A stretch of DNA of 62,106 nucleotides from Chloroflexota bacterium. GTDB lineage: Bacteria; Chloroflexota; Dehalococcoidia; DSTF01; JACRBR01. Shown one piece after another: positions 58,042 through 62,106 of the stretch; within the stretch, counting starts at the first letter, position 1; each line of letters starts with the position of its first letter. Both the position numbers and the translations under genes were made by a program. The notes beneath the pieces were generated by a model that saw nothing but the letters and a program-made list of their open reading frames with translations, did not search any database and was not told where the DNA came from. The stretch is taken from NCBI GenBank assembly GCA_037444005.1, contig JBBING010000007.1:1-62106 (forward strand), in the 5' to 3' direction.

Positions 58042-59319
58042 ATGGCGGCGCTCCCGCTCGCAGGCGTCCGGGTGCTCGACTTCAGCAATATCTGGTCGGG
58101 GCCCCACTGCACCCGCCTCCTGGGCGATCTCGGCGCCGAAGTCATCAAGATCGAATCCCCGCGCCGGCCGGACCTGATTCGCGGGCCTGTCCGCCCTTCG
58201 TCCCCACACGAAGGGACGTATCCCGACGACGATCCCGGCCCGAGGCCGTACAACCGCCATGGCTACTTCAACGAGCGGAATCGAAACAAACTGGGCCTCG
58301 CGATCGATGCGGCGGACCCGCGAGGACGCGAGATCATCCTCGAGCTCGCCGCCGTGAGCGACGTCGTGCTGGACAACTACGCCGCGGGCGTCATGGAGCG
58401 GCTGGGCCTCGGGTACGGCCGCTTACGCGAGGCGAGGCCGGACATCATCGTGGTGTCCATGTCGGGCTTCGGGGCCACCGGTCCGGAACGCAACTATGTG
58501 GGTTACGGCGCCACCTTCGACTACCTGGCGGGGTACGCGACGACGACAGGCTACGAAGGTGGCGTGCCGCAGAACCTGGGCATCAACGCGGGCGACCCCG
58601 TTGCCGCGCTCCATGCGGCCGGGGCGATCCTCGCGGCCCTCGTCTATCGCCGGGCCACCGGCCGTGGTCAGTTCATCGACCTGTCGCAGCGCGAGTCGGC
58701 CACGCGTCTGTCCTTCGACCTGCTCCTGACGTACCAGCTCACCGGACGAGAGACCGCGCCCCGCGGGAACGGCCATCCGACCATGGCGCCCCACGGGTGC
58801 TACCCATGCGCGGGGGAAGACCGATGGGTCGCCATCGCGGTGGAAGACGACCGCCAGTGGGCCGCGTTCGCCAGCGCCATCGGCCAGCCGGCCCTCGCCG
58901 CCGATCCCCGGTTCCGCGACGTCGTCTCGAGGGTCCGCCACGCCGCGGCGCTGGACGATGTGGTCGCCCGATGGACGACGACGCGAGAACAAGAGGACGT
59001 GGTCGCGCGTTTGAGGGTGGCGGGAGTGCCCTGCGGCCCGGTGACGACCGCCGAGGACCTGTACGCTGACCCGCATCTGCGAGCTCGGGGATTCATCTGT
59101 CCTATCGCGCACCCCGAGGCCGGGGCGCACGAGTACTTCGGCTTGCCCTGGCTCCCGGCCGGCGCGGACATGCCTCGACGCCCCGCGCCGTGCTTCGGAG
59201 AGCACAACCGCGAGGTGCTGGGACGTATCCTCGGCTACGACGAGGAGCGGATCGGCGCTCTGGAAGCGGCCGGCGTCATCGCCAGCGAGCCGGCGCCGTC
59301 GTGGGACGGCACTTGGTAG
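58042..59319 (+). CDS. Family III CoA-transferase, catalytic subunit
   Basis: VLDFS..WSGP, NRNK, AGDPVAA (Asp), APHGCYPC. Confidence 0.9.
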   Translation: MAALPLAGVRVLDFSNIWSGPHCTRLLGDLGAEVIKIESPRRPDLIRGPVRPSSPHEGTYPDDDPGPRPYNRHGYFNERNRNKLGLAIDAADPRGREIILELAAVSDVVLDNYAAGVMERLGLGYGRLREARPDIIVVSMSGFGATGPERNYVGYGATFDYLAGYATTTGYEGGVPQNLGINAGDPVAALHAAGAILAALVYRRATGRGQFIDLSQRESATRLSFDLLLTYQLTGRETAPRGNGHPTMAPHGCYPCAGEDRWVAIAVEDDRQWAAFASAIGQPALAADPRFRDVVSRVRHAAALDDVVARWTTTREQEDVVARLRVAGVPCGPVTTAEDLYADPHLRARGFICPIAHPEAGAHEYFGLPWLPAGADMPRRPAPCFGEHNREVLGRILGYDEERIGALEAAGVIASEPAPSWDGTW

Positions 59320-59348
59320 GCGCGCTGCGCCAGCACGAGGAGGGTACG

Positions 59349-59807
59349 ATGGCGTTCGCATTGCTCAGCCCGGCGTTCGAGGACGGCGGAACCATCCCCC
59401 GCACATTCACCTGTGACGGCGAGGACGTGTCTCCCGCGCTGACGTGGCGCGACCCTCCGGCCGGCGTCCGCAGCTTCGCCCTCATCATGGACGACCCCGA
59501 CGCGCCCGTGGGAACGTGGGTGCACTGGGTGGTGTACGACCTTCCGCCCGAGCTCCGGGAGCTCCCCGAGCGGGTCCCGCCGGGAGAGCGGCTCCCCTTC
59601 GGCGGCGCGCACGGCCGCAATAGCTGGGGACGCCTCGCCTACGGCGGCCCGTGCCCGCCGGGTGGGACGCACCGGTACGTCTTCAGGCTCTACGCGCTAG
59701 ACAGCGTCCTCGGGTTGGCGCTAGGCGCAAGCAAAGAGGACGTCCTTCGGGCCATGCAAGGGAGGACGCTCGGCGAAGCCACCCTCACAGGACGGTACGG
59801 TCGCTAG
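59349..59807 (+). CDS. YbhB/YbcL (PEBP/RKIP) family protein
   Basis: DPDAP, W.HWV, Y.GPCPP, HRY.F.LYALD. Confidence 0.93.
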   Translation: MAFALLSPAFEDGGTIPRTFTCDGEDVSPALTWRDPPAGVRSFALIMDDPDAPVGTWVHWVVYDLPPELRELPERVPPGERLPFGGAHGRNSWGRLAYGGPCPPGGTHRYVFRLYALDSVLGLALGASKEDVLRAMQGRTLGEATLTGRYGR

Positions 59808-59970
59808 CGCCTCGAGGCAGATGTCGCCCCGCCGCGCCCCGCGGCCGACCGTCGGCGCCCTGCTTCGCGCAGCCGAGCCAACGCCGTGCGAGGCGCGAAC
59901 GTGCTCACCAAGAAGTCGCCGCGACGCAGCGTCGCCGGGGGCGAGGGGTCGCGCCGCAGAGACCAACCGT

Positions 59971-60001
59971 GACAGGACGCCCCTGGCGGGAGCGTCCTGT
60001 C
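59971..60001. terminator. Hairpin between convergent genes
   Basis: GACAGGACGC...GCGTCCTGTC 10 bp stem. Confidence 0.55.
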
Positions 60002-60038
60002 GTCCTGGAAGCGGGCCCGAAGCCCCCGAAGGGAGGGG

Positions 60039-60737
60039 CTAGGAAGTCGTCGGCTGCCCCAACGCCATCTCCTTGATCCGCAACGTCTGAAACCGGATGA
60101 CCTTGATGATCGTCGCAAGGCCAAAGGCAATGGAGCCAAGATAGATCCCCACGCCGAGGCGGCGAAGACCTTCGAGCCACGTGCCCCACGTCTGAGCTCG
60201 GCCCAGGAACGCAGCGTCAGCCCCTGTCGGACCGGTGGCGTCTATCCACGCCTCGTGAGCCTGCACCGCAGCGTAGACGTGACCCGCGAATGCGAAGACC
60301 AGCGCCATCATCGCCATCATCATGCCCGCCAGAAAGACCCACGCGCTTGGAGGCATCACGGGCGTCTTGATGCGGCCGCCCGCGGCTTCCTGCACCTCGC
60401 CGCCGCCCGTCCGGAATACGCCGAGAATCCGCGCAATAGCGAAGCTGATGCCCGCGAAGATCAGCGCGAAGCCCAGAAACATGAAGCCCGGGATCAGCTG
60501 GCCCAGCGTCTCGAAGTTCGCCTTTCGCAACCCAGTGAACTCTTCGGAGAGGTCCACGGCGAGCTGGGCGCGAGCGATGGCCAAGGCGAACGCGGTCGCC
60601 ACCAGCATGATCCCCATCAGCGTCATGGGGGCCCACAGGTAGTGCCCGAGCAACTGAGCCAGGTTGCGCCTAAGGCGTCTATCGGTCTCCACGTAGCGGA
60701 GAACCGGTTGATCGAAGATGTGCGTGCCCGTTGCCAT
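60039..60737 (-). CDS. Uncharacterised 4-TM membrane protein (paralog A)
   Basis: Four hydrophobic helices; EEFT.LRKAN.ETL and GGGEVQEA.G...KT..MP shared with its neighbour; SD and TGATG coupling. Confidence 0.8.
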   Translation of the reverse strand: MATGTHIFDQPVLRYVETDRRLRRNLAQLLGHYLWAPMTLMGIMLVATAFALAIARAQLAVDLSEEFTGLRKANFETLGQLIPGFMFLGFALIFAGISFAIARILGVFRTGGGEVQEAAGGRIKTPVMPPSAWVFLAGMMMAMMALVFAFAGHVYAAVQAHEAWIDATGPTGADAAFLGRAQTWGTWLEGLRRLGVGIYLGSIAFGLATIIKVIRFQTLRIKEMALGQPTTS

Positions 60738-61441
60738 CAGCGGTCTCCTTCCTCATGCCCCAGAATCAGTTCGCGGATGCGGGAGAACTGAAAGCCGAGG
60801 ACGTTCGAGATGGTGTAGAGCGCGAAGGCGACGCCCGTGAGGATCACCCCCAGCGCCGCTTCGCGCAGTGGATTCGCCCACACTGCATAGGCCGTCGCGC
60901 GGTCCAGGGCAGCGACGTTGCCGGCCGCATCCGGACCAGTGGCACCGATCCAGGCGGTGTGCGCTTGCCCCGCCACGAAGGCCAGCGTCCCGAAGGCGAT
61001 GAGCTCCGCCACGAGGCCCAGTATCATCAGTGCGATGAAAACCCACGCCGACCACGGCATCTTCAGGGTCTTTACGGGCGCGCCGACGGCCTCCTGCACC
61101 TCGCCGCCACCCCAACGCAGGGCTCCTAGAATCGTCCCGAGCAAGAACGAGATGCCGGAAAGGATCAGCGCTTCGCCCAGGAACAGCAAACCGGCGGTTA
61201 GCGGCTTCAGCGTCTCGACGTTGGCTTTGCGCAGGGCGGTGAACTCTTCAGCCAGGTCCGACGCGACCTTCGCCTGCGCGATGCCCAGACCGACGCCCGT
61301 CGCGATGGCCATGACGCCCATCATCAGCATGGGCAGCCACATCCAGTTGGCCATGGTGTGGATGAGGGTCTGTCCGGCGCCCGCGGAGCCCACGGTGACT
61401 GGTCCGAACCGCGTGCGAATCGATGGAATGGCAGTTGCCAT
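60737..61441 (-). CDS. Uncharacterised 4-TM membrane protein (paralog B)
   Basis: GAGGAGGTGA SD before ATG 61441; full-length similarity to paralog A. Confidence 0.8.
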   Translation of the reverse strand: MATAIPSIRTRFGPVTVGSAGAGQTLIHTMANWMWLPMLMMGVMAIATGVGLGIAQAKVASDLAEEFTALRKANVETLKPLTAGLLFLGEALILSGISFLLGTILGALRWGGGEVQEAVGAPVKTLKMPWSAWVFIALMILGLVAELIAFGTLAFVAGQAHTAWIGATGPDAAGNVAALDRATAYAVWANPLREAALGVILTGVAFALYTISNVLGFQFSRIRELILGHEEGDR

Positions 61442-61458
61442 CAGTGTCACCTCCTCGG

Positions 61459-61842
61459 TCAGGATGCGCCGCCACGCTTCATGAGCGCAGGCAGCGACTC
61501 TTTGACGCTCTCCACCCGGATCCAGAGCCTCCGCACGATGCCCCAGAGGATGAGGGCGATGCCCACCTTCGCCAGTGCAATGGCAGCCACCGAGACCGGG
61601 AAGAGCCACGCTTCGTACGTCTCCACGCGACCCAGACGCGAGGCCTGCACCGCCTCTCGGGCCGGGTCGGTGAGCTGCGAGGCCCATTCCGCGACGACGC
61701 TGGTGATGATAAAGAACACCCCGAGCAGCATGGCGCCAGCCACGGCAAGCGTGAGACCAACCCCGTACTGCCAGACCGGCGCAGCGACGTCTCGGCCCGT
61801 GGGAGGCCGGGTGAGGCTCCAGGTTCCTGTACGTTGTGTCAT
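61459..61842 (-). CDS. Uncharacterised 2-TM membrane protein (single-unit paralog C)
   Basis: AAGGAG SD; RVETYEAW...GIA..L..I...L unit matches the repeat in paralogs A and B. Confidence 0.75.
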   Translation of the reverse strand: MTQRTGTWSLTRPPTGRDVAAPVWQYGVGLTLAVAGAMLLGVFFIITSVVAEWASQLTDPAREAVQASRLGRVETYEAWLFPVSVAAIALAKVGIALILWGIVRRLWIRVESVKESLPALMKRGGAS

Positions 61843-62106
61843 CGTTCCGTCTCCTTCTTGATTGCGCCCACGGCATAGCGGTTCAGGCATCTTCGCCGTG
61901 GCCTCTCGTGCCCGCCGCGGGCGGACCTCCCCCTTTCCGCCGCGGCGCCGTCCTTCATACGTCTCCCCCTTTCCAGCTCCACAGCCCAGCTGGGCATGCG
62001 CTTCAACGAACCCCACCAGGCAACGTCGCCGCTACCGATTCCGCCGGGCTAGAGGCTCTACATCAATCATGGTGGAAACAGTTCAGGATCCTGAGCGCAA
62101 AGGTCC

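Overview
A 62 kb, roughly 70% GC bacterial chromosome segment. The gene repertoire suggests Chloroflexota, probably Dehalococcoidia/Tepidiforma-like (inference only). From left to right: (1) an amidase, then a SipW/TasA-type filament locus with a long structured leader, two paralogous pilin-like subunits and a SipW peptidase fused to a membrane domain and Ca-binding RTX repeats; (2) an eRF1/Vms1-like release factor head-to-head with archease-rtcB and a site-2 protease; (3) housekeeping genes: pcrA, tRNA-Phe, hemW, oppABC, aspS, tig-clpP-clpX, tRNA-Ile2(CAU), RNase P RNA, pstSCAB with a Pho-box-like array, and dnaN, plus a mosaic of palindromic REP-like repeats; (4) a ~24.5 kb TetR-associated CoA-dependent catabolic cluster (CoA-transferases, ETF, three luciferase-like proteins, OYE, acyl-CoA dehydrogenase, thiolase-fold/DUF35 pair, a strongly divergent B12 acyl-CoA mutase, PrpD-family protein, IpdF-like SDR, BadI-like hydrolase); (5) an operon of three paralogous uncharacterised membrane proteins that together carry five copies of a two-helix unit. 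No integrase, transposase or CRISPR-Cas was seen. All calls come from reading motifs by eye, without database searches.
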